Of a stretch of DNA of 64,000 bases, positions 1-10,853 are shown in pieces. A model generated the notes under the pieces. That model saw only the letters and a list, made by a program, of their open reading frames with translations. It did no database searches and was not told where the DNA came from. Origin of the DNA: Kofleriaceae bacterium (lineage in GTDB: Bacteria > Myxococcota_A > Polyangia > Haliangiales > Haliangiaceae); contig JBKJLC010000284.1 of the NCBI GenBank assembly GCA_046597055.1, positions 1 through 64,000 of the forward strand, written 5' to 3'. Position numbers and translations under genes: made by a program. The first letter of the stretch is position 1. Each line of letters starts with the position of its first letter.

Positions 1-783
1 GTCGAGCTCGAAGTCGCCAGCGACGGCGGCAAGGCCGACCACACCGGCAGCTACCAGCTCCGCGCCACGCGCTCCGGGGAGCTATTCGCGGGTCGCCCGG
101 TCACCATCGGCTTCCAGATCTCCGACGCAGCGGGGCGCCCGGTCACCCAGTTCGACGTTGATCATACGAAGCTGTTTCACCTCATCGTCGTTTCCGCAGA
201 CCTCTCGTACTTCACGCACATTCATCCGACCTACCAGGGCAACGGACGCTTCGCCGTGCGCTGGACGCCGCCGGTCTTCGACGATCGCTACCACTTCTAC
301 GCCCAGTTCCACCCGACCGGCGGTGCGGAGCAGACCCGTCAGCTGAACGTCGCGGTGCCGGGCCTTTCGATCAAGACCCCGGTGCCCCTGACTGCCGACA
401 CCACCGACACCAAGCGGATCGGCAACAACGTCGTCATGCTCGACCAGCGCGCGGCCTTCCGGGTCGGCGCGCAGCAGGTCTCGTTCATGGTGCACGACGC
501 GGCGACCGGTGAGCTCGCCAACAATCTTCAGCCGTTCCTCGGTGCGCGCGCGCACCTCATCTCGATCCAGGGCAACGTCGGCGGTCGAGGGTTCCAGCAC
601 GCGCACGACATGGGCGGCGGTGGTGGTGAGCATGGCGGTCACGGTGGTGGTGGGACCCTGGACAGCTCGGGTGCCCTGTCCTTCGACGTGCGCTTTCCGG
701 CCCCCGGGCTCTACCGGCTCTGGGTTCAGTTTCGCCGGACCGGCCGCGACGTGACCCAGTTCTTCACCGTCGACGTTCGCTGA
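1..783 (+). CDS. 5'-truncated His-rich putative metal-binding exported protein
   Basis: Frame 1 is open from base 1 (VELEVASDGGKADH...). Two similar halves with HLIVVSADLSYFTHIHP and HLISIQG...FQHAH, His/Gly linker, C-terminal FPAPGLYRLWVQF. Confidence 0.7.
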   Translation, partial: VELEVASDGGKADHTGSYQLRATRSGELFAGRPVTIGFQISDAAGRPVTQFDVDHTKLFHLIVVSADLSYFTHIHPTYQGNGRFAVRWTPPVFDDRYHFYAQFHPTGGAEQTRQLNVAVPGLSIKTPVPLTADTTDTKRIGNNVVMLDQRAAFRVGAQQVSFMVHDAATGELANNLQPFLGARAHLISIQGNVGGRGFQHAHDMGGGGGEHGGHGGGGTLDSSGALSFDVRFPAPGLYRLWVQFRRTGRDVTQFFTVDVR

Positions 784-968
784 GGTTGCCCTCGCTGCGC
801 GGCCTGGCCGCCGGCCTCGCCACCGGCGGCCAGGGTGACGCTCCCGAGGCTGACGACGCCCCCGACACCTCGGGCGGTTGCGGCGGGCACACCACGGAGC
901 CGGCCGTGGCGAGCCTGCCAATCCTGGTCGGTCTCGCGCGGATGTTCGCCCGACGACCGCCCCGACCC

Positions 969-997
969 TTGACGGGGGCCCGCGCGGTCACGACTAT
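969..997 (+). promoter_or_regulatory. sigma70-type promoter, leaderless or very short leader
   Basis: TTGACG-N17-GACTAT, 9 nt before ATG 1007; no SD. Confidence 0.55.
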
Positions 998-1006
998 GCC
1001 GGTCCC

Positions 1007-1636
1007 ATGGCGTCGCCCGTAGTCGTGACTCCCGAAGATGTCGACCGCACCATCACCGCGTTCACGCGGCTTGATCAGCGCGGCGACAAGAAGGCGATGA
1101 ACAAGCTGGCCGGTCGTCTCCAGCGCGAGCAACCGCACCTGCTCCAGTTCGCCGCCGCCTGCCGCACCGAGCACGGCGACAAGGTCGGCGAGGCCGCCGT
1201 CTTCTACGCCACCCTGGTGTGGGCGATGTTCGATCGCACCCAGGGCGGCACCCTGCCGCGCCTGACCGCGAACAACCTCGCGCAGGCCGATCAGATCGTC
1301 ACCAGCGCGCTCGGCGCGATCGAGGGCATCGGTGACCAGCCGGTCCACGAGCGGATCGCGCCCCAGGTCGCCGCGGTCCAGCCCCACATCGTCGCCAAGC
1401 TGCGCGAGCTGGTCGAAGAAGACGTTCGCGAGGCGGCGATGTCAGGGGACACCGCCGCCGTCATCTACAAGCCGACCCAGGTCGTGGTCGAGGCGTTCGA
1501 CGCCGCCCTCACCGGCCGCCGCCCTGGCGAGCAGCAGGGCACCATCGTCGCCGACCCGGCCAAGCCCGGTCGCAACGACCAGTGCCCGTGCGGCTCCGGC
1601 AAGAAGTACAAGAAGTGCCACGGCGTGGCCGCCTGA
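1007..1636 (+). CDS. SEC-C zinc-binding motif protein
   Basis: C-terminal [20 protein letters not shown]; start re-chosen at ATG 1007. Confidence 0.85.
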   Translation: MASPVVVTPEDVDRTITAFTRLDQRGDKKAMNKLAGRLQREQPHLLQFAAACRTEHGDKVGEAAVFYATLVWAMFDRTQGGTLPRLTANNLAQADQIVTSALGAIEGIGDQPVHERIAPQVAAVQPHIVAKLRELVEEDVREAAMSGDTAAVIYKPTQVVVEAFDAALTGRRPGEQQGTIVADPAKPGRNDQCPCGSGKKYKKCHGVAA

Positions 1637-1708
1637 CCGGGGCCAGGGTCCTGTAGCTCGAGCCCAGGCGCGGCGCAGGCGCCGCCACCTCGGTCCGGCC
1701 GCTGAGCG

Positions 1709-2749
1709 CTACAGCGCGAACGCCTGGCTGGACGCCGACGACAGCCAGATGTCGCCGTCGGCGCCGACCGCCGCGCGAAACTGCCCGTACGTGTAGAGCG
1801 CGCCGTTGCCGTTGGTCGACGTGCGGCTGCCGTCGTAGCCGCACGCGACGCATCCGCGCCACAGGCCGGCGGGGTCGTTCAGGATGAACCCCCGCGGGTT
1901 GTAGCCGACGACGACGAGGATGTGCCCGGGCGCGGTGAACCAGCCGTGCACGATCACGGGGCGCCCGGCGTCCAGCTGCCGCTTGATCATCGCGAACGAC
2001 CCGGCGCGCGTCGATCGGCCGGTCAGGCCGAGGGCCTGGTACAGGCCGACCAGGCCCTCGGGTGACTGCCCGGCGCTCTTGCCGTACTGGACGTAGAGCT
2101 GATCGGCCGAGGTGGGCTTGCCCCAGAAGCGCAGCACCATCGAGGCGGACGTGACCCCGCAGGTCGCGCCGGGCTCGTGCTGGTTGAAGTACTGGTAGGC
2201 GTACGGCGCCGCGATCCAGCGGCGGTCGGCGCCGCCGAGCATGCCGCGCGACCAGCGCAGCCCTTCGCACGGCGCGCCGCCGCCGTCGGCGCGGCAGGCC
2301 TGCACCTCGGCCGCGCCGAACGGCCCGTAGACGGACGGCCCCTCGAAGCAGTAGCCCAGGTAGAGATCGAGCGTGGCGCCGGGCGGACAGCGGCCGGTGC
2401 CGCGGACCGAGCGCGCGAAGCTCGCCGACCAGCGTGCGCCGGCGCAGGCGTCGCCGCCGCCTTCGGCGCGGCAGCTCGCCTCCATTCCCGGCGTGAACGG
2501 GCCGACGGCCTCGGTTGCGGAGGCGCACCAGCGGTACGTGGCGTCGTAGCTCGTGTCGGGCGGGCACCACGGCGCGCCGGCCGCGAGCCAGCCGGCGTCG
2601 TCGCCGCCGGCCGTGCCCTCGGGCGCGGCTGGATCGTCCGTGGGGTTCTCGACGACATCGTCGTCAGCGACGCAGCCCGCGAGTGACAGTGCGAGCGCGA
2701 GCGCGGCGAGGTAGCTGAAGCGTGCGAGGCGGAGGTTCATCGAGTCCAT
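1709..2749 (-). CDS. Lipoprotein with two Cys-rich repeats and a C39-like (papain-fold) peptidase domain
   Basis: Lipobox LAGC; Q...TCGVTSASM, GHILVVVGY, NDPAG catalytic motifs; start ATG 2749 or 2740. Confidence 0.8.
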   Translation of the reverse strand: MDSMNLRLARFSYLAALALALSLAGCVADDDVVENPTDDPAAPEGTAGGDDAGWLAAGAPWCPPDTSYDATYRWCASATEAVGPFTPGMEASCRAEGGGDACAGARWSASFARSVRGTGRCPPGATLDLYLGYCFEGPSVYGPFGAAEVQACRADGGGAPCEGLRWSRGMLGGADRRWIAAPYAYQYFNQHEPGATCGVTSASMVLRFWGKPTSADQLYVQYGKSAGQSPEGLVGLYQALGLTGRSTRAGSFAMIKRQLDAGRPVIVHGWFTAPGHILVVVGYNPRGFILNDPAGLWRGCVACGYDGSRTSTNGNGALYTYGQFRAAVGADGDIWLSSASSQAFAL

Positions 2750-2754
2750 GCCCA

Positions 2755-2770
2755 AGCAAGGCCTGCGCCC
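2755..2770 (-). promoter_or_regulatory. candidate sigma54 -24/-12 promoter
   Basis: GGGCGCAGGCCTTGCT (GG-N10-GC) just upstream of the C39 gene, within a ~450-bp intergenic region. Confidence 0.4.
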
Positions 2771-3203
2771 GCGTCGTGGCGCTACCACGGCTCGTACAAT
2801 GGGCCCGCGTGGCCGCGCCTCGCCGGATGCGCCTCGCCGTGTGCACCTCGCCGGTTGCACCCGGTGCGCGAACCCCCAGGCGCCGCACCTCGACGGCCCG
2901 CGCACCCGCCACGGCCGCCGCGGCGATCGGCCGGGCGTCGCGTCGCCGGAGGGCTGAGCGCCCGAGCGCCGAGCGCCCGACCTCGGAGGAGACGCGGGCC
3001 GCTCACGTCGCACGCCCGGGCTCGTCCGCGGCGACACGGCTGGGAGACGAGCGGCGCGCCGCCACCTCGGCGGGTCGGCCCGCCGCCCTCGGTCTCTCGG
3101 GGCCTCGGAATCCACGCCGGGCTCGCGAGTCTGCGCGCCGTCCGGCGGTGCGCTCAGGGCGACCTGACGATGGGTAGGATCCGGAGAGCGGCCCCTGGCG
3201 GTC

Positions 3204-4010
3204 CTAGCGGCCGAAGCCGTCGAGCTTGATCCAGGGGCCGGCTGTGTACGGGAACGACTGGTCGTAGTGGACATGCGCGACGTACCAGAGGGCGACGTCC
3301 TGGTTGTCGAGCGCCTCGCGCCCGATGTAAGCCGAGGGGAACGGGGCGGCGCCGTCGGTCGAGCGGGGCGAGAACGGAGCCCACTCGCCGTCGTGGTAGC
3401 GGATCGCGAACAACTCGGCGTCGTCCCAGGTGTGCGGCCGCAAGTTGACCGCGGCGCTCGAGCCGAAGTCGATCTGGCGCCACGAGAAGCCGTTCTCGTC
3501 GGCCTCGCCGGTGTGCGGGAACCAGCCCTCCTCGTCGACGCGCACCCAGCTGCCGTCGGCGAAGTACTCGAGGGCGTCGTGGCCGGCGCCATCGATGTCG
3601 AAGTCGAATCGCCAGTGCGGGTGATAGGTGTGCTGGTCGTGCACGCCCGAGCCGTAGATCGTCAGCCACGGGGCCAGCCGGCCGTCGTCGTGGAAGCGCC
3701 ACAGCTGCAGGTAGCTGTACGGCCCGCACACGAAGTTGGCCGACAGCTCGATGCCGCCGCGGAACTGCTGCACGCGCACGTTGCCGGCCAGGGTCCGGGT
3801 GCCGAGCGGCGCCCACCACGGACCGCGGGTCTCGAGGCCTTCGCTCTGGACGTCGAGGGCGTCGCGCTGGTGGTCGATCGTCACGTACGGCAGCGATGCC
3901 TCCCAGATCACGCGCCGGCCGCGATACTCGGCGAGGTAGATCATGATCCCGGCCGACTCGGTGAGCCGCCAGTGAAACTTCCAGTTGGCCTCGGTGATGA
4001 CGTTGCTCAT
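3204..4010 (-). CDS. Copper amine oxidase catalytic-domain-like protein (divergent, stand-alone)
   Basis: NWKFHW, GPYSYLQLWRFHDDGRL (cf. GNYDY..W.F..DG), His cluster + WRFDFDIDG, QDVALWY...H. Confidence 0.7.
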   Translation of the reverse strand: MSNVITEANWKFHWRLTESAGIMIYLAEYRGRRVIWEASLPYVTIDHQRDALDVQSEGLETRGPWWAPLGTRTLAGNVRVQQFRGGIELSANFVCGPYSYLQLWRFHDDGRLAPWLTIYGSGVHDQHTYHPHWRFDFDIDGAGHDALEYFADGSWVRVDEEGWFPHTGEADENGFSWRQIDFGSSAAVNLRPHTWDDAELFAIRYHDGEWAPFSPRSTDGAAPFPSAYIGREALDNQDVALWYVAHVHYDQSFPYTAGPWIKLDGFGR

Positions 4011-4017
4011 GGAGGGC

Positions 4018-4773
4018 TCACCACTGCGCCGCGGGGACGACCGCGGTCACGCTGTTATCGATCAGGTCGACCACCGCGACCACCGAGGGGTGCCCGGCGG
4101 CACGTCCGAACACGACCGCGGCCGAGCGCCGCGAGTACGCCAGGTCGCTCGGGTCCTTGCCCCAGTAGTGCATGGTGACCAGCGCCTCGTCGCCGAGCGA
4201 CAGGGACTCGCGCACGCGCTCGTCGAGCGACGCGATCGACATCGCGACCGCCTCTTCCTCGCGCGACAGCATCGGCTGGGCGCGATTGACGTCGAGATGC
4301 GCGACCACGCCCGCGTCGAGATCGATGCAGGCGTCGACGCACCGGTCGGCGGCGTAGTCGTAGACCACGACCCGCGCGAGGCGGTGGCCCGCCATCCAGT
4401 GCGGCGGCTTCACGACCAGCGGCTCGGTCGCGATGACGCGATAGCGGCCGATCTTCGCCATCCCCATGACCCGCTTGTCCTCGGTCAGGGTGCGGACCGC
4501 GTCGGCGATCTCGCCAGGCGTGAGCGGCTGGAACAGGCCGGGGTCGCTGCCGACGATGTCGGGCGCCAGGACGGCCTCGGGAGCCTGGTCGGGGCGGGCC
4601 TTGGTCAAGCGCGGGGCGGGCTTCGGCGCCCGGCGGTCGGTAGGCTTCGCAGCCGGCTTGGCCGGCTTGGCCGGCTTGGCCGGCTTGGCCGGCTTGGCCG
4701 CGGGTCGGGTCTCGCCACGCGCCTTGGTGGCAGGGGTCCGGACGGGCGCCCGGACCGACTTCTTGGTCGCCAT
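4018..4773 (-). CDS. Copper amine oxidase N-terminal-domain-like protein with Lys/Pro/Ala tail
   Basis: FQPLTPGEI motif, R.ARVVVYD; lies 7 nt upstream of the catalytic-like gene; start ATG 4773. Confidence 0.65.
   Translation of the reverse strand: MATKKSVRAPVRTPATKARGETRPAAKPAKPAKPAKPAKPAAKPTDRRAPKPAPRLTKARPDQAPEAVLAPDIVGSDPGLFQPLTPGEIADAVRTLTEDKRVMGMAKIGRYRVIATEPLVVKPPHWMAGHRLARVVVYDYAADRCVDACIDLDAGVVAHLDVNRAQPMLSREEEAVAMSIASLDERVRESLSLGDEALVTMHYWGKDPSDLAYSRRSAAVVFGRAAGHPSVVAVVDLIDNSVTAVVPAAQW
4651..4698. repeat. 9-bp tandem repeat (GCCGGCTTG)x~5 encoding (KPA)n
   Basis: Directly visible in the sequence. Confidence 0.9.
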
Positions 4774-4908
4774 GACGCGGACTATACACAGGAGATCGCC
4801 GGGGATTCGGCCTGCGGTCAGCAACCGCCGCGCGGTCGGAGCTTGACCTACATGGCCGGTCGCACGCGGCTTTAGATCGGCGCCCGGGTTCGTCCGTCGA
4901 AAGCACCC

Positions 4909-6006
4909 ATGTCGCGTCTCCTCCTGCGGTCGGTCCTCGCGGTCTCGCTGATGTCCTCCCTGGTCACGACCGGCTGCGCGCCGGCCTACGCCGATCGGGT
5001 GGCCCGCCCGTCGTCGCGCGTGCTGGTGCCGATGGCGATCGCGCCCGAGGCGGTCCGGTCGCCCTACCAGGTCGAGATCGTGGGTGATGGCGACACCCTC
5101 GACACCTTCTTCCACAGGGGTCGCTACTACGTGCATGGCGCCAGCGGCCAGCACTACGCGATCCGGGTCTCCAACCCGACCCCGCACCGGATCGAGGCGG
5201 TGGTCTCGGTCGATGGCATCGACGTCATCGATGGCGAGACCGGCGACATGCGCAAGCGTGGCTACGTGGTGCCGCCCTACGGCGAGGTCGTGATCGACGG
5301 CTGGCGGACGTCGCTGACCGACGTCGCGTCGTTCCAGTTCTCGTCAGTGTCGGGCAGCTACGCCGGCAAGAAGGGCAAGGCCCGCAACGTCGGCGTGATC
5401 GCGGTCGCGCTGTTCGCCGAGGACGCGCCGCCGCCCCCGCCGCAGATCATCCTCGACGATCAGCCCTACTACCAGGGCGATGGCTACGGCGACGAGGTCG
5501 AGGGCTATCTCGACCGCCGCGCGCCCGCCGGCGGCGGCGTCAGCAAGAGCAGCGGCGGTTCCGACCGCGAGGACCGGGGTGGTGGCAGCGGCCGCGTCTC
5601 GGCCAAGCGCCCGGCGCCGAGCGCGCCGCACGACTCGGTCGGCGAGGCCGATGCCCCGAGCGCGCCCACCAGCACCGGCGCGGTCGGTGGCGCGCTCGCG
5701 CCGTCGGCGCCGCCGCGGATGCAGCGCGACGAGTGTTGCCCGGCGCCGCCGACCCGCGAGCGCCTCGGCCTCGGCACCGAGTTCGGCGAGCAGCGCTACT
5801 CGGCCGCGAGCTACACCAAGTTCTCGCGCTCGAGCGACCGGCCGGTCGCGATCGCCGAGCTCCGCTACAACGACACCGGCGGCCTCCAGGCGATGGGCAT
5901 CCTGGTCGAGCAGCTCCCCGACGAGGGCGAGCTCATGACCCGCGAGACCGCCGATCCGTTCCCCGGCGACCGCGGCTTTGCCCGCCCGCCGGCCGGCATC
6001 CGCTGA
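4909..6006 (+). CDS. Conserved hypothetical exported protein
   Basis: Signal/lipobox-like N-terminus; blocks EAVVSVDGIDVIDG, GYVVPPYGEVVIDGWR, NVGVIAVALF, LGTEFGE; typical codon usage. Confidence 0.75.
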   Translation: MSRLLLRSVLAVSLMSSLVTTGCAPAYADRVARPSSRVLVPMAIAPEAVRSPYQVEIVGDGDTLDTFFHRGRYYVHGASGQHYAIRVSNPTPHRIEAVVSVDGIDVIDGETGDMRKRGYVVPPYGEVVIDGWRTSLTDVASFQFSSVSGSYAGKKGKARNVGVIAVALFAEDAPPPPPQIILDDQPYYQGDGYGDEVEGYLDRRAPAGGGVSKSSGGSDREDRGGGSGRVSAKRPAPSAPHDSVGEADAPSAPTSTGAVGGALAPSAPPRMQRDECCPAPPTRERLGLGTEFGEQRYSAASYTKFSRSSDRPVAIAELRYNDTGGLQAMGILVEQLPDEGELMTRETADPFPGDRGFARPPAGIR

Positions 6007-6120
6007 GCGCGGCTGGCGCGACCGCGGGAGCGTGAGTGGGCGCCCGGTCGGGCGCCTGTCGCTTTTTCGGCCACGCCGGCGTGCTGTCCGCGATCCGGAC
6101 GTAGAGTCGCGGCCGGAGGG

Positions 6121-7305
6121 ATGATCATGCGAGCTGCGATCAAGATGGGCCTGGCGTGCGCGGTGCTGACGGCGAGCGCCAGTGGCTGCAAGAAGAGCGA
6201 CAACACCGGCGGTGGCACCGGCACGGTGACCGTGACCGGCACCGCGACCGGGACCGGCCTCGGCACCACGGTCGGGACCGCGCCCGGCACCGCGGCGCCT
6301 ACGCCGATGACCGGTGATCAGCTGGCCGCCTGGTACACCGCCTGCTGGGGCCACCTGAACGCGGGTGCGTGGGACCAGTTTCGCGGCTGCTACGCCGACG
6401 ATGCGTCGTCGAGCGGCCCGCCGCCGACCCAGGGCGCCGACGCCATCGTCGCCGCGACCAAGGACTTCAAGGCCGGGTTCCCCGACCTCAAGGGCGAGCC
6501 GCAGCTGACCCTGGTCAACGGTACCAACATCGCCAGCATCACCTGGATGCGCGGCACCAACACCGGGCCCATGAAGGGCCCGGCCGGCGAGATGCCGGCG
6601 ACCGGCAAGAAGATGGGCACGATGGTCGCCCACCTCATCACCGCCAGCGCCGCCGGCAAGGTCGTGACGGAGTCGATGCACTCCGACAGCGCGGCGCTGA
6701 TGGGCCAGCTCGGCATGATCCCGGCCGGGATGCCGTTCCGCGGCGAGGTCACCGAGGGCTGGCCGTCGCCGGTCGTCGTCGTCGCCAAGGGCGATGCGAC
6801 CGAGGCGCAGAACCTCACGGTCTACAACGCCGGCACCGAGGCGTTCAATCGCCACGACCTCGCGGCCGCGGCCGCGACCTTCGCCGACGACATGGTGTGG
6901 AGCGACGCGTCGTCGCCGACCGACCAGACCAAGACCGAGATGCTGAAGGGCCTCGGCGACATGTGGGGCGCCTTCTCGGACATGAAGCTCACGCCGGCCT
7001 CGACCTGGGCCGCCGGTGACTACGTCGTCGCCACCGGCACGATGGCCGGCACCAACGACGGCAAGAGCGTCGCCATGGGCCTCGACCAGACCGGCAAGAA
7101 GGTCGAGGTCGCGTTCCTCGAGATCGATCGCCTGAAGGGCGGCAAGGTCGACCGCGCCTGGATGTTCTTCGACAGCGCCGTCTTCGCCCAGCAGCTCGGC
7201 CTCATGGACCCCCACGCCGCCCACACCGGCCACCCCGGCCCCCCTCCGGCCGCCAAGAAACCCACCCCTCCCGCCGCCATCGATCCCGCCGCCAAGACCG
7301 AGTAG
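6121..7305 (+). CDS. Lipoprotein with two SnoaL/ester-cyclase (NTF2-like) domains
   Basis: Lipobox ASGC; AGFPDL...GTNTGPM...PATGKK and AFSDM...GTNDG...TGKKV; SD GGAGG. Confidence 0.85.
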   Translation: MIMRAAIKMGLACAVLTASASGCKKSDNTGGGTGTVTVTGTATGTGLGTTVGTAPGTAAPTPMTGDQLAAWYTACWGHLNAGAWDQFRGCYADDASSSGPPPTQGADAIVAATKDFKAGFPDLKGEPQLTLVNGTNIASITWMRGTNTGPMKGPAGEMPATGKKMGTMVAHLITASAAGKVVTESMHSDSAALMGQLGMIPAGMPFRGEVTEGWPSPVVVVAKGDATEAQNLTVYNAGTEAFNRHDLAAAAATFADDMVWSDASSPTDQTKTEMLKGLGDMWGAFSDMKLTPASTWAAGDYVVATGTMAGTNDGKSVAMGLDQTGKKVEVAFLEIDRLKGGKVDRAWMFFDSAVFAQQLGLMDPHAAHTGHPGPPPAAKKPTPPAAIDPAAKTE

Positions 7306-7346
7306 CTCATCTCGCCGGGGCGCGAGCGGGCACCGATCCCCGCACT

Positions 7347-7507
7347 CCTGAACCCGAGCGAGGAACCCCGGATGCGAGGCGACGGAGGGGACCCACAGGA
7401 GCGACCGTCTGGTCGTGACGAAGTGGGGAGGACCCGGCAACGACGCAGACGGGGTCCGCAGCCGGGTTCAGGGTCGTGACGAAGTGGGGAGGCCCCGGCA
7501 ACGACGC
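7347..7507. repeat. REP-like intergenic element: two 36-bp direct repeats plus a 10-bp inverted repeat
   Basis: GGTCGTGACGAAGTGGGGAGG(A/C)CCCGGCAACGACGC at 7411 and 7472; CCTGAACCCG (7347) / CGGGTTCAGG (7463). Confidence 0.8.
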
Positions 7508-7529
7508 CCCCCGGGCCCGCAGCAAGGTT

Positions 7530-9467
<1,938 letters not shown>

Positions 9468-9470
9468 GGG

Positions 9471-10853
9471 TCAGGGCGCGCGCCCGGCGCGGACGTCCTC
9501 GTACAGGTTGGTGCGGAAGTAGGTGAAGACCTCGCCCTCGGCCCCGACCATGAGAATGTTGCGATCGCCGGCGCCGAACGGCGCGATCGCGACGCTCTTG
9601 CCGAACCGCTCCTCGTTCTCCGGCTGGGCCGGGTGCAACGCGGCAACCAGGTCGAACCCGAGCGGCGCCTCGCGGAACTTGTAGACGTACGCGGCGCCAC
9701 CGTTGGTGACTCCGTCGGGATCGGACTTGGGCGCGCCAATCACGATCTCGGGCACGCCATCGCCATCGAGATCGCCCACGGCGATCGAGTCGCCGAAGTC
9801 GCTGCCGACCTCACCGGGGACGATCTCGAAGGCCATGCCGCCGCCGAAGCGGACGAACACCTTGTTGAGGCTCGGCGCCGAGTAGATCAGGTCGGCCAGG
9901 CCCGCGGCCGGGTCGCCGTCGGCGACGTCGGGGAACTGCGCGGTGACGATGACCGCGCCGAGGTCGCCGGGTCCCTCGCTCGACGTGATGGTCTCGAGCG
10001 CGGGCGCGGCGCCCACGCAGCTGCCCGACGCGGTGTACAGCGTGGTGATCTGCGCCGGATCGAGCACCGTGATCTGCGAGCTGCCATTGCGCAGCACCTC
10101 GCCGCTGCCAAAGATGACCTCCGGGCCCGGGTGCGCGGCCAAGATGTCGGCGACGACGACGCCAAAGCCCCAGCGGTCGTCGTCGTCGAGCAAACAGCCC
10201 TTGATGGCGAAGGTGGAAGCGGCGCCGCCCTCGCTCTCGGCGACGTCCTGGATCACGACCAGCTGCGGGCCGCGGGTGAAGACCAGCTCCTTCACGGTAT
10301 CCACGCCGAAGCCGGGCAAGGTGGCGAAGGTGATGCCATCCGGCTTGAGGTTGGCCTTGAGCTCGTTGTTGACCATCACCTGGCCGGGCAGGTTGACCGA
10401 CTTGGACCGGTTGGTCTCGGGCAGGTTGCGGCCGTCGTAGATCGCGATGCGGGTCGGATCGTTGTCCTCGCCCTGGACCACGCCGAACGCGATCCGGTCG
10501 TCGGCCTCGTCGACCGCCAGCGCGGGGTTGTCGGGGAAGGTCGCGAACGACAGGCTCTGGCGGGGATCGATCGCGGTCACCGGCAGCCGCCCACCCTCGT
10601 CGTCGTACTGGAGCTGCGAGAGGCTCGCGCGCGACTTGCCGATCACGACCAGGTTGGTGCCAGCGCCGCGGGTGCGAGTCGCCACGATCGCCTCGCCGTA
10701 TTGACGCGAGTCGGTGATGTCGGGCGACTCGACCCGATCGACCCAGGCCTCGTCGGCGAGGTCGTCGAAGGCGCTGAAGTTGCAGCCGGCGAGGCCGAGG
10801 CCGAGCGTGAGCGACAGGCCGAGCGACGGCGACAGGCGGCGACGGATCACCAT
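9471..10853 (-). CDS. FG-GAP / integrin-alpha beta-propeller lipoprotein
   Basis: Lipobox LAGC; FGDSIAVGDLDGDGVPEIVIGAP, GGAAYVY, RFGKSVA; start (10853 or 10850) overlaps the upstream stop. Confidence 0.85.
   Translation of the reverse strand: MVIRRRLSPSLGLSLTLGLGLAGCNFSAFDDLADEAWVDRVESPDITDSRQYGEAIVATRTRGAGTNLVVIGKSRASLSQLQYDDEGGRLPVTAIDPRQSLSFATFPDNPALAVDEADDRIAFGVVQGEDNDPTRIAIYDGRNLPETNRSKSVNLPGQVMVNNELKANLKPDGITFATLPGFGVDTVKELVFTRGPQLVVIQDVAESEGGAASTFAIKGCLLDDDDRWGFGVVVADILAAHPGPEVIFGSGEVLRNGSSQITVLDPAQITTLYTASGSCVGAAPALETITSSEGPGDLGAVIVTAQFPDVADGDPAAGLADLIYSAPSLNKVFVRFGGGMAFEIVPGEVGSDFGDSIAVGDLDGDGVPEIVIGAPKSDPDGVTNGGAAYVYKFREAPLGFDLVAALHPAQPENEERFGKSVAIAPFGAGDRNILMVGAEGEVFTYFRTNLYEDVRAGRAP

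Noticed and set aside
7411..7507. Mini-CRISPR (36-bp repeats)
   Set aside because: Only two copies, a 25-nt spacer that is part of an inverted repeat, no leader and no cas.
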